From: Heterodontus francisci
Lineage: Eukaryota
Length of the DNA stretch: 64,000 bases
Reading direction: 5' to 3'
Assembly (NCBI RefSeq): GCF_036365525.1
Contig: NC_090409.1
Coordinates: 39,380,437 to 39,444,436, forward strand
In this document: positions 47,301 to 59,689 of the stretch, piece after piece
Layout of the letters: each line of letters opens with the position of its first letter
Position numbering within the stretch: the first letter of the stretch is position 1
Position numbers and translations under genes: made by a program
Notes under the pieces: model-generated
What the model saw: the letters and a program-made list of their open reading frames with translations, nothing else
Told to the model about the DNA's origin: nothing
Databases searched by the model: none

Positions 47301-50300
47301 CTCTGAGCATGGGGAGTAGGGTCATCAGGATTGGGGATTGTGTTTTGGGTCCTGGGAGGGGGCAGAGTCTGGCCGTATTGGGGTGAGGAGCAAGGTCTGA
47401 CAGGTTAGTGGTGGAGGGAGGTAAGGATCCACATTGCCTCGGCCCCTTTCAGACCATCAGGTGCTGCCTCACCCCCTACACAGTGTACTCGTCCGTCATT
47501 GTCCCCCCAACCTGTCCAAAGCCCTTTCCACATCCTCGGGTACCCCCTCCCCCACCCGTTCCTGTCTTTACATTTCAGGGTCAGTTTTCTGCTCCTGAGC
47601 TCCACCTCACATTGTGCACCCCCAGTCTGTCATTGTTCTCCCAAAGGGGGGAGGTGGGCAGGGTGACCAATATCCTGATGTGTTCTCCCAGCATGTGTAC
47701 AATGGGAAACACACGATTCGAAGTGCTGTCCAGCTGCTCTGTGGATACAAATATCCAGCACAAGCTGGTTTTAGTTGAAAGCCCTTAATGCCTGACCTTT
47801 AACCTTCCCACAGAAATGAAAGCAGTGAGTTACTGATCAGTGCTTCTTGTAAATCAAGCATCGCAGTGTAACCATGTGGAGCTTGGGATGGAATGTACCA
47901 GCAGGGAGGTTATATCTGTGGATAAATACTTTCAATCTTTTCCAGGTTACTTGCCTGTCCCAGTTTCTGGGTTCCTTGGGGAGCAGGTTGTGCTGCCCTG
48001 TATCTACAAAGGGAATGTCCCAGTCTCTGAGTTACAGCTAATTTGGTGGATATCCAATCGTGAAATTTTACACAGATTTATCGATGGGAACGATGACTTA
48101 ATACAACAAGACCCACGGTTCAGAAACAGAACAAACCTGTTCAAAGATCAACTGGAGCAAGGCAACTGGTCACTAATGATCTCTGACCTCAGGCAGTCAG
48201 ACCAGAATGAGTATCAGTGTCAGATTTACAAGAGGATCGGTGAGCACTATCAATGGCAACAAGCTGATTCAGTCCATCTCTCTGTAACAGGTGAGAGGTT
48301 TCTGTTTCAGGTATTCTGCATTTACTCTCTGATTTTATGAGTACGGTAGTGCAGTGGTTATGTTACTGGACTAGTAATCCAGAAGCCTGGACTAATAATC
48401 CAGAGAACGTGGCTTCAAATCCCACCATGGCACTTTCAGAATTGAAATTCAGTTTAAAATAAATCTGGAAATATAAAGTTGGTCCCAATAAAAGTGACCA
48501 TGAAGCTGTTGGATTGTTGTAAAACCCAACTGGTTCACTAATGTCCCTCTCGGGAAGGAAACCTGCCATCCTTACCCGGTCTGGTCTATATGTGACTCCA
48601 GTCCCACATTAACCTGGTTAACTTTTAACTGCCCTCTGATTTGCTCGGTTACTTCAATCAGTTTGTATCAAACCACTAGAAAGAAAAAACAGACTAAAAC
48701 TGAACAGACCACTGGCTGTGACCCAGACATCAAATCAGGACACAGGAAAGGCAAACCCAGCCCAGTTGACACTGCAAAGTCCCCCTCGCTGACATCTGGA
48801 AATTGGTCTCCATGTTAGGCGAGCTGTGTGAGACAGTCACACTCACAGAATCAACCCTACATCCCAGACTCCTCTATCACCATCCCTGGGTATGTCTTGT
48901 CCCACTGGCAGGACAGACCCACCCGAGGTGGGGGCACAGTGGTATCCAGTCAGGAGGGAGTTTTTTATTCTTTTGCTGCATTTGCTGACAATGCATCCAC
49001 TCGGTGTCGCAATACTTGCACATGTGAAAATGCAGCCTGATCCACTGAAACGTCGCTGTCTGTGACCTTTTTGGCAGCTGCCAGTAATAAAGATGGCGAC
49101 GCTCAATTTATCACAAAACAAATGAAACACAAATGCCCACAGTGGCTGTGATCACTGCCTCCATCACACCCCCAACAGTACCTCGCTCCCTCCTGCCATC
49201 ACCACCTCCATCCCACCCCCAGCAATACCTCGCTCCCTCCTGCCATCGCCACCTCCATCAGTACCTCGCTCCCTCCTGACATCACTACCTCCATCCCACC
49301 CCCAGCAGTACCTCGCTCCCTCCTGCCTTCGCCACCTCCATCCCACCCCCAGCAGTACCTCGCTCCCTCCTGCCTTCGCCACCTCCATCCCACCCCCAGC
49401 AGTACTTCGCTCCCTCCTGCCATCGCCACCTCCATCCCACCCCCAGCAGTACCTCGCTCCCTCCTGCCATCGCCACCTCCATCCCACCCCCAGCAGTACC
49501 TCGCTCCCTCCTGCCATCGCCACCTCCATCCCACCCCCAGCAGTACCTCGCTCCCTCCTGCCATCGCCACCTCCATCCCACCCCCAGCAGTACTTCGCTC
49601 CCTCCTGACATCACTACCTCCATCCCACCCCCAGCAGTACCTCACTCCCTCCTGCCATCACCATCGCCATCCCACCCCCAACAGTACCTCGCTCCCTCCT
49701 GCCATCACCACCTCCATCCCACCCCCAGCAGTCCCTCGCTCCCTCCTGACATCGCCATCCCACCCCCAACAGTACCTCGCTCCCTCCTGCCATCGCCACC
49801 TCCATCCCACCCCCAGCAGTCCCTCGCTCCCTCCTGCCATCATTGCTGCCTACCGCAGCAGTCTACTCACCACTTGCTCCTGGCATCGCTGCTTCATTCC
49901 CTCTGCCATCCCTCTGCTCCCCTCCCCTGCTTATCTTTTCTGTCTCTGTGCGAGGAAGAAAGGCAGCAATCGCGGGACGGAGTGGGGAGGCTGGAGTGAA
50001 TGGCCCACAGATAGGTGGAGGTGTGAAGCGTGGAGTGAGTAGGTGGGGGGGTGGGTGGTGGAGGGCGGAGATGAAGCGAGGCTGGGGGTGAGCGGTGAGC
50101 AGACATTGCAGTACACAATGATGTTTGAGCGTAGACATGAGTAAGTCCTGGTAAACCGGGTGCTGACGTAGACTGCACATGGGCAGCACTGTACGAACAG
50201 CAAGACTCTGATCTGCACATGTGTGAAGCTGGGAGCTTCTGATGTTGGCAGTGGGTTGCGTTGTCAGCAGTCACTTTGTTTTATTTTATTCATGTTAGTG

Positions 50301-51203
50301 GGATGTCTGCGTCACTGGCCAGGCCAGCATTTATTGCCCATCCCTAATTGCTGTTGAACTGAGTGGCTTGCTCGGCCATTTCAGAGGGCAGTTCAGAGTT
50401 AACCATATTGCTGTGAGTCTGGAGTTACGTGTAGGCCAGACCAGCAGATTTCTTTCTCTAAAGGACATTCATGAACAAATCGACTGTTTTCATGGTCACC
50501 ATTATTCTAGCTTTTTATTTTAAATTACTGATTTTATTAATTAAATTCAAATTTCACCATCTGCTGTGGGTGGGATTCAAACCCCTGTCCCCAGAGCATT
50601 CACCTGGGCTCTGGAGTACTAGTCCAGTAACAGTCCCACTACACCCCACCAGTTCCCCATAGGCCCCAGGACTCCTCAGCATTGAAGTCAGTGGAAAGTA
50701 ATACTGATCCCATTGTAAACCAGCGTTCCATCCAATCCTGTGGTTTACCCAAACAGCAAATTATTTTAAATTCCTGCTCTATTTCAGCGGGCTGTTGGGT
50801 TTAATTAAAGGGAGGCTGCTGCTGGTCAGGGTCTGGTTATCTCCATTGGAAACCATGTATTGATCACATTGTGGGTGTGTAAGAAAGTCGAGCTGTGGGG
50901 TGGCTTCCTGTGTCTGTGGCTGTTTATTGGTGTTTAATCTCCCACATCCCTCCAGGACTAGAATTGACCAGGGATGTGTTTGCACTGGGGATGGTTCTGA
51001 AACACTAGGTGCTGACAGTCTCTGCTGTTAGTTTTGTTAGTGTGTCCCAGTCTGTTAACAGCTTCATTCTGTCTCTAGGTCCTGGACCCTCTACTGGATT
51101 GGTAGTTGGATTGGTCATCGCAATTCTGGTTCTTGTTTGCATAATTCTTGTTCTTCTTTGCATAATTCTGGTTTTCATAATCCAAAACCGACAAAGATGG
51201 TGA
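44331..51203 (+). CDS. Paralog C: single-IgV type-I membrane protein, B7-family/butyrophilin-like, with no stalk exon
   Basis: Exons 44331-44351 (MDRKAQQ), 45946-46009 (signal), 47946-48290 (IgV, 345 nt) and 51079-51199 (TM). Phases are compatible; the last exon is uncertain. Confidence 0.83.
44376..45870 (+). repeat. 81-bp minisatellite in paralog C intron 1 (18 units plus a partial unit)
   Basis: Intron length 1594 = 136 + 18x81. Confidence 0.96.
46201..46418 (-). mobile_element. RTE-like LINE 3' end, specific to paralog C
   Basis: (GAA)n tail and IVSRDKEA terminus; absent from the equivalent site of paralog A (~10730). Confidence 0.6.
46602..47209 (-). mobile_element. Solo LTR (608 bp), specific to paralog C
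   Basis: TGTTAG...TCAACA termini, 5-bp TSD CTGAG; empty site in paralog A at ~10908; AATAAA on the minus strand. Confidence 0.85.
47946..48290 (+). CDS. IgV exon of paralog C
   Basis: 345 nt, phase 1-1; the F-G loop is 4 codons longer than in A and B. Confidence 0.92.
49160..49842. repeat. 47-bp C-rich minisatellite (~14 copies) in paralog C intron 3
   Basis: Unit ctccatcccacccccagcagtacctcgctccctcctgccatcgccac. Confidence 0.93.
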
Positions 51204-52899
51204 GTTCCAGAATGATCTGCAGTTCCCATTGTTAATTCTAGTTTTGTTTTATTATATTTGGTGTTGTGGAAATGTTGTGTACACTGATACACTTTGTGCT
51301 GTGTAGGATGTTTCAATGCTGCATTATCCAGTCACTTCCAGCTTGTTGTCATCCTCTAGCTGCTGAACTGAAGGTGAAGAGCAGGAATGTGCGGCTCCCT
51401 CTATCACACAGTTAATAGACACTCGCCTAATCTCTGCAGCAAACAACTCACCAGCCTACACCTAAAATCCCCTTGTCCCCTCTCCTCTGACTTTTCACCA
51501 GCCTCTGATCCTTGCTCTGTTCCCCAGTCACTGACTCCATCCCCTTCCCTGGCCACTGTCTGAGGCTGAACCAGACTGTTCACAACCTCGGAGTCCTATC
51601 AGACCCTGAGCTGAGCTTCTGACTCCATATTCTCCCATCACTCAAATCCCACCTACCTCCGCTTCTGTGATGTACCCTGTGTCCACTCTCATCCCTTGAC
51701 CTGACCATCAGTGGTTTTGATCACTAACAATAAAATATGTTGCATTTCTCTGCCTCCCTCAACATCCACATCTCCCTGCCCATCTCTTGCCCATCTGCCA
51801 GTTGTGGGGGGGAAACTATTGCAGATTCTCTAACTCTGTCCTCTGACTCTTTTTTCCCCATCACAATATTTCTGCCTCCGTCAGCCTGTTTGGTCACTGC
51901 TGGGTCGGGTTTGATCACATCAGGGAATATCCTGTCCATCTGACTCCTCTCAATAATTCAGGATCAGTCTGGAGAGTCTGGACATTCCCAGCCTCCTCCT
52001 GTCTGATCTGATCCCCATCATCTTCAGCTCAGTGTTAACTGAGATCCTCATCAATTCTTCTTAATCTCCAATGTTGAGGTGAGCTGTCATTTTTCTATTG
52101 GTCTGGTTCCTCGGTTAGCACAGGTCCTGTGGAGTGTCCAGCTCTTGCCCATTGCCTCCTCTCCTCTGCACTCTGTGCTCCATCACCGTGCAGCTCCTGT
52201 GACCCATTTTCCAGCTGCCATTGGGGCCCAGGAGGTTGAGTGTAATTTAATCGGTCTGTGCTCCTGAACAGCTCCTTTACACACTTGTACAAAGTGTTGG
52301 ATTCTTTTAATGTAACCTGAACTCTGCTGTTTTTTCCCTCCCAGGAAAGCGAACAAACACAACATCAATCACAATGAAGCATCTAATGTCATCCCTTTGA
52401 CAGGGGTGACTTGTTTAGGTAGCAAGGTCCCATGTTTCACAACAGCACCTGAGCATCAGAATGGAGCAGCTGGAGAACAAAACCTTCTGGGGAACGGGGC
52501 TGTCCAGCACTAACTGAGTTTACACTGCACTGAGCCTGGGTCAGGGAGGGAAAATCAGCCCAGTATTGTGGTTATCCAGTGAATCCTGGTGGAAAGTCTG
52601 AGATCGGGATCAACAATCACTTCCCACTCTGTACAAATCCCTCTGACCAGCAGAGTCTTGAGATAATCACCCAATGAAAGTTTTGTCCCGTTACTCGAAA
52701 ACCTGTCCGATTGATATTTCATTGTATCTCAGTATTACTGATACAGTGTCCAAACCCAGTCTCAGGAACACACAGGACCAACTTCAGCTGTGTAACCCAT
52801 TGATCACTCCCTGTGTGAGATGGTAACTTCCAAAGTATCCAAATGATGAGCGAGTGGTTTTATGAAAGTGACTCTGTTTTCCTAAATAATTTTTTTAAA

Positions 52900-55800
52900 A
52901 AAAGGAATTTCTAGTTAAGCTAAGTAAATGTTTTTTTAATGAAGAGGACAATGAGGGCTGATTGACCAGTGTTGCTCTTTGTCACCTGGCTGGGCTCGGC
53001 TTTGAACAGAAGCCATGGCAACAGAGGCAGAAATTGACAAGCCCAGTAACAACAGACAAGATCTGGGTGGGCAGAGAACTGCCAAGCTGTTTGGTTGTTC
53101 GTCAGTGCGTGTGTGATACCTTCTGGAAGGAGACAAAAGTCAAATGCTGCTGAAGTGCCAAAGAAGGACAGAAAAAGGAAAGAATTCCAAGGAAGAACAG
53201 AAGACTACAACCCAGTGCTTTTACTTGCAACTCCCTCAAAGATTCTGAAGTTCAGTGTGTTAATTTGTCTTGTTCCTGCATTTCAACAAGGCCTGCTAAT
53301 TTGCTTTTCAACACCGCCTGAAGAGAACTAATTCTGGAAGAATCCTTTTTAACAGTTGCTCGGACGTTGGACTGTCTGCAAGTTTGGTGCAGTGCGTCTC
53401 ATCTGCTATTCTTTTAGGGTGGACACGTGATCTATTTGTGTTTTTGTCTGTAACAGAGCTCTAATCTAAAAATTCTTTTTATTTTTCCAGTTGACCGATA
53501 TATGTATAAGAATATATGAACATATGAATTAGGAGCAGAAGTAGGCCATTCAGCCCCTTGAGTCTGCTCCGTCATTCAATAAGATGTGTTTGTGTCTCAC
53601 ATCCCACACTCCCATCTACACCTCCCCCACCGCCCCCCATAACCTTTGATTCCCTTGTCTAACAAGAATCTATCTGTCTCCACTTTAAATATATTCAATG
53701 ATTCCGCCTCCACCACTTTCTGAGGCAGAATATATGTATATATGACTTTATTAAAAAAAAACTTCAGGTTGCATATTCAAAAATATGCTGGTATTTTTCT
53801 TTAGCTTTTTTTAAATAAAATTGTTAATTTTGGACTGTTAAGAGGGCTGGTTAGTGTGTTCTATTCTGGGGAATAATAGTGTGGGGAAACTTTTAAAGAA
53901 TATGCTGTGACCTGTGGAGAAGTGGGACTGAATTAACAGTGCACACCTCCTGCTTTGGTCATATCAATATTTATTTGGGGGCTCTCTTTTTCCAGGATAA
54001 ACCAACGCTGACCAAGTTCAATTGTAAGTGGGTTATAATAATTGGAAAAGGGAATATAAAAAGAACCAGGTTTCGTGTGTCATGGAGTAACATTTACACC
54101 ACTGGAATGTCTTTAACAGCAGCTGCAACTTGTCTGGGGAAGGTGAATGTATCCCTCAGTGATTTGAGATACTTAACCAAGATGAAATTAAAGGATTTGG
54201 CAGACCTGTTGACATTAGAGTTACAACCAGGGGCGAAGAAAGCAGGAATAATTGACATAATAGCCCTACATTTGAAATTGGAAGAAGAAAGCAAACCAGA
54301 GGGTAATGCAGTTGAATTAACTAAAATTCAGTTACAGACAAAGCAACTGGAGCTTCAACAAGAAACAGAATTGGAAAAAACTTGAGGCTGAAGAAGAAAT
54401 GTCAGTGGAAAAACTTGAATTTGCAAAAGAGGAAAGTGAAAAAGGGAGAGCATTTCAGAGAGAAAGAAAGATGGGAATTTGAATTTTTTTTTAAAAGCTG
54501 GAACTAAAGTAACAGGGTGATCCTGACTCCAGGAAGAATCTAAGTCCAACCCAGGACACAGTGAAAAGCTGTTTAAATTGATACAAGCTCTCCCTAAGTT
54601 TGAAGAAAGGGACGTAGAGGTATTTTTCATTGCTTTTGAAACGATAGTTAAACAAGTGAAATGGCCAAAGGAAAGCTGAACACTGCTTATGCAAATCAGG
54701 TTGATGGGCAGAGTTCATGAACTTTATGCCATGCTTTCTGCAGAGGCTTCCACAGATTGAGATGGTAAAAAAGGCCATTCTCACTGCGTACGAGTTAGTC
54801 CCTGAAGTTTACTGACAGAAGTTTCAGAACCTCTGGTGATTGGCTGGGCAGATTAACATAGAATTTGAGAGGGTAAAACAAATTAATTTTGATTGTTGGA
54901 TACGAGCATTAAAGATGGAAACCACGTATGAGAACCTTAGAGAACGGATTCTCCTGGAAGAATTTAAGAATTCACTCCCTCCAGTTGTAAGAACTCGGGT
55001 AGAGAATCAGAAGGTTTCAACAGCCGACAGGCAGCAGAAATTGCTGCTGATTGAGTTTGTGTATAAACTCAAACCCTTTGTCCGTCACCTCCACAAACCC
55101 AAGCAGGATAGGAGGTGGGAGAGTGAAAGGAAGGCAAGTAGCCGGGGACAAGAATGGACAGCTGGGAATGCACCAGGATCTCCTCCTTGGTCCAGAAAAG
55201 AAGATGCTGAGGGTGGGAGTGAGGTCCGCAAGCCTAAATGTTACCATTGTCACAAGGTGGGACATATTCGAGCAGATTGCTGGAAGTTGTGAATTAAACC
55301 CATGGGATTTAATACGGTGCATAAAGACAATGAAGAGAAAGAGGCCCTGACCGAGCATGTAGATCAGGCTGTAGTTCTGACTGCAGCTGTAAGGACAAGT
55401 ACAAAAACCACAGAGTGTAGGGGTTGTGAATAAGATACTGGAAATTCTTGTCAAAAGGAAAAGTAACTCTTATCCCTCGAGTGAGGCAGGCAAACCTATA
55501 ATTATACTTAGGGATACAGGAGCCACCCAAACGTTTGCTGGGAAAAGGCATAAAATTTGCACCAGAGAGTGCACTGAATGCTAATGTTTTAGTGAATGGT
55601 ATTGATGGGGAGTGTATACCCCTACCTTAGAGTGTGATCTAATGTCTGGAATGGTAACTGTAGGAGTTGTTCATAGCTTGCCAGTAGACAGAGTTGATCT
55701 ACTCCTGGGGAAAGATTCCAGGACTTTTTCCTCGTGTAATAACCCGAGCAATGGCTAAACAAGTTCCATTGTCGGAGGTAAAATTGCCACCACAGTCAGG

Positions 55801-56310
55801 TAGTTGAATATATGAAACTATCTTTGGGGATTTAGATAATCCAAATGAAATATTTGATAAATCTTCTCTGATCACAGCTCGGCTAGCTGACCCAGAGTTG
55901 AAGAATGTGACACAAACAGCTCTATCAGAAGCTGAGGTAAAAGGAGTTCCAGAAGGCTCTGATATTGAAAATGGGATTGTGATGAGGAAGTGGAGACCTT
56001 CTCACAGACCTGTGGATGAAGACTGGACAGTTCTTCATCAGATAGTGGTATCTCTAAAGTATCACCGGGAACTATTCAGGTTAGTGCGTGGGATTCCTCC
56101 AGCGGGACATATAGGGATCCGGAAGACCGAAACACATAGAAATCAACATTACTACTGGCCAGGTCATTCCAAGGACATGGTGCAGTTTTGTAAAATGTGC
56201 CATACATTCCAGATTGTGGGAAAACCACAACCTGCCATAATTCCCATCCCAGTTATTGGGGAACCATTTAGTAGGGTGTTGGTAGACTGTGTAGGACACT
56301 TAACAAAAAG
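52900..56310 (+). mobile_element. Degenerate Gmr1-like Gypsy LTR retrotransposon (5' LTR, gag, protease, start of integrase)
   Basis: LTR ends near 53965; TGGGGGCTC PBS-like site; gag with LRERILLEEFKNSLP and knuckle CYHCHKVGHIRADC; protease ILRDTGATQT; integrase GHIGIRKT...YYWPG...PFSRVLVDCVG. Confidence 0.85.
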
Positions 56311-56559
56311 TAGTAGAGTTGGTGAGGGGGAGCCAATGGATGTGGTTTATTTGGAATTTCAGAAGGCTTTCGACAAAGTCCCACATAAGAGATTAGCGTG
56401 TAAAATTAAAGCACATGGGTTTGGGGGTAGTGTATTGCGATAGATAGAAAATTTTTTGGCGGACAGGAAACGAAGAGTAGGGATAAATGGGTCTTTTTCC
56501 GAATGGCAGGCAGTGACTAGTGAGGTACCACAGGGATCGGTGCTCGGACCCCAGCTAAC

Positions 56560-56935
56560 CAGTGCAAGCCTGATTAAAAAAACAGGTTTGCACTTGCTGC
56601 TGTTCAATATTCAGTCCGTTAACACCTAATCTGTACTAATGCTTTCTCTTTCAACACACCATTAACATATTGTTTGTCTTTGCTCCATGACCTTTTGGTC
56701 AGCTATGTGGCCTTGTCCAATCTTCACCTTCTCCTTTGTTATCTCTTGCCCCACCCCCACCTCACTTGCTTATAACCTGTGACTTTTCTAATATTTGTCA
56801 GTTCTGAAGAAGGGTCACTGACCTGAAACGTTAACTCTGCTTCTCTTTTCACAGATGCTGCCAGACCTGCTGAGTGGTTCCAGCATTTCTTGTTTTTATT
56901 TCAGATTTCCAGCATCTGCAGTATTTTGCTTTTAT
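56560..56935 (+). mobile_element. Penelope-like 3' end/pLTR, preceded by a CR1 fragment at 56310-56555
   Basis: Best-preserved copy of this pLTR family in the window. Confidence 0.7.
56800..56836 (+). ncRNA. Minimal hammerhead ribozyme motif (Penelope type)
   Basis: AGTT-CTGAAGA-AGGGTCACTGACCT-GAAA-CG-TT-AACT; palindromic AACGTT in place of stem III. Confidence 0.6.
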
Positions 56936-57764
56936 TGCTCCGTTTCTAGTTCAGCTTGGACCGCTGCGCCATCTAGTGCTGAACTCCTTTACTACAGGAA
57001 CCGGACTCTGCGTTGATCTGTCCTCCCTCCCTTTGCTATTAATCTCCTCTGGGTCTGTCACCCTGCGACGATGAAGGGTTTTGATGGAGTAAAGAGGGAG
57101 AAACTTTCCAGGAAGGAAAGGAGGGAGACATTACACTGCCATCAAAAACTCTGCTGCCCCGTATCCTAACTCACACCAAGTCCCGTTTATCCAACACCCA
57201 CTTCCCCGCACTGTGCCATGTGAAACATCTTGTGATGTTCTATTACATTAAAAGTGCTATATAAATGCAAGTTGTTGTTATGTGAATACAAACTCTTCTC
57301 TCAGTTCCGCCTCATGGCCTGGAACCCAGCTGTCTCCAAGCTGGTTCTCACCCATCCCTGTTTTTGTGAGATTGTGACTCTGTATTTCTGTGGGAGAATT
57401 ATCATCCTTTCATTATTCTTGGTATGAACACCATATCCCAGCCCTTCCAATGACCCTGTGGCTAAAGGACCATCTGGTGCCCTAAGGGAAAAGATCCCTC
57501 AGCCAGAGCAGCAGCTAATATTGATCTCAGTACTCTGAGTGAGAGGGGAATGAGTGGCTGGTGTTCCTGTCCTGATCCCTGTCTGGAAACTCCTGCTGGA
57601 CATCAGGATCAGGCTGAGATGCAATGTTAAATAAGCTGCTGAATCTAAAGGAGTTGTTTAACAAGGCTCTGCTCCCAGCATCGAGCCTTCCTACACAGTG
57701 AATGTAGCAACAGAGAAAGGGCCACAACACAGCAGGCCAAATATTCCAACCCTCACCTAGGTGA

Positions 57765-59035
57765 GTCCTTCCTGGTTTATTTATCAATTTTTAGCATTTA
57801 ACCTAAACACAAAACAGATTATCTGGTCACTTATCTCTCTGCTACTTGTGGGAACTTGCTGTGTGTAAATTGGTGAGAAAGACACTGTATAAATGGGAGA
57901 AACTGAAACTGAATTTTACCTTTTGGAGATACATTGAACTGTTGGTTGGGGCTCTCTCCTCATGTTGCTCTGATTTGGAACATGTTTGACTGTCCGTGTG
58001 GCCTCAAGACACACGACTTTTAATGGAATCCATACTTCAGGATAAACTAGATCTTCCTCATTGTTGTGAGTGAGTTTACTTCAGTACCCAGGACACATTG
58101 ATCACTCCATTTAGTTGCTGTTGGCCTTGTTTCAGTATCTGAGACACATTGAATGTCCTCAAGGCTGTGGCTTTTTCACCTCTATTATAATCCTCACTTG
58201 TTACCTCTACCCCGGTGAGCAGAGGTGAGAATTCCAGTCTCTGAATACTGGGTTTACATCCAGCAGGGAACTGGTACCCGATGGGAGCGGAGAGTCAACC
58301 CACCACCCATTGTATCTACCCAGACTCTCCTGGTAGGGCGTTGTTAGTCAGGATAAGGACCTGTCTATATAAAGAAAGAGTCTTCCTTATGGAGCACAAT
58401 CTACTGGGTGTAAAAGCAGTGGAAGGAATCAGCTGCCTCATTTTAAAATGATATATTAATTCCTGAGATGTGGGTGTCACTGGCAAGGCTGGTATTTATT
58501 GTCCATCCCGAGACACCCCTTGTGAAGGTGGTGCTGGGTCTTCTTGAACCGTTTCAGTCCCGTGTGGTGAAGGTGCTCCCGCGGTGCCGTTAGGGAGGGA
58601 GATCCAGGATTTTGACCCAGTGACGATGAAGGAACGGCCGATATATCTCCAAGTTGGGACGGTGTGTGTGTGACTCGGATGGGAACATGGAGGCGATGGT
58701 GTTCCCATGCTCCTGCTGCCCTTGTCCTTCTCGGGGAGGCTGGAGGTTGTGGGTTTGTGAGGTTTTATTGAAGAATGTGGGACTGGGAACAGAAGAGAAA
58801 GAAGACTTGTTATCCTCCTTGTCCTGTCACCCTCCTCTAGGAAACCTCAATCCCAGACAATAAATTCATTCATTAAATAAAAAACACCTTTACAATAAAT
58901 ACAACTGCTTTTCCCATTCCAATAAACACTTTACCCCAATTATTCCTTCTCTGATATTCCTTACTGTGATTTGCCCCTCAATAAACTGAACTTTCTAAAT
59001 TTGGTCAGTGTGACCTTTCACCTCCTGACACCCTT
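57765..59035 (+). repeat. Segmental duplication of 8080-9335
   Basis: Direct, near-identical copy. Confidence 0.9.
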
Positions 59036-59689
59036 TTCAATTTCATTGTTTCGGATTACATTGGAGATACAGCAGAGAAACAGGTCATTCTTTTCCTCAA
59101 TTTTAAATTATTCATTCTTGGAATGTGGGCACTGTTACCAAGGACAGCATTTATTGCCCATCCTTAATTGTCCCTGACAAGGTGGCAGTGAGCTTCCTTC
59201 TTGAACCGCTGCAGTCCACGTGGTGGATTTACACCCACAGTTCTGTCCTGTAATTTTGCTGTCGAGGTTTGATAAAACTGAGTGTCTTGCTCGGCCATTT
59301 CAGAGGGCAGTTAAGAGTTAACCACATTGCTGTGGGTCTGGAGTTACTTGTAGACCAGACCAGACCAGGTAAGGGCGGTAGATTTACCTTCCCGAAAGGA
59401 TATTAGTGAATCAGATGGGTTTTTACAACAATCGGTAATGGTCATCTTTAAACTAGCTTTTTAATTCCAGATTTAAGTGAATTCAAATTTCACCATCTGC
59501 TCTGGTGAGATTCGTAATTATCGAGTTTCCTATTATCACATTTCTATTCTTCTCTCCCCTCCCCTGGACAGCCTCCTGACAGGGCCAGTGTCTGCGGGAC
59601 CTCCTTCTCAACCTCTCCTAAATCCCCACTACCCAGCTCCGTATTAGTCACACCCTCCCTTTCCGGAACCTGTGTTTTCCTCTGGGGTG

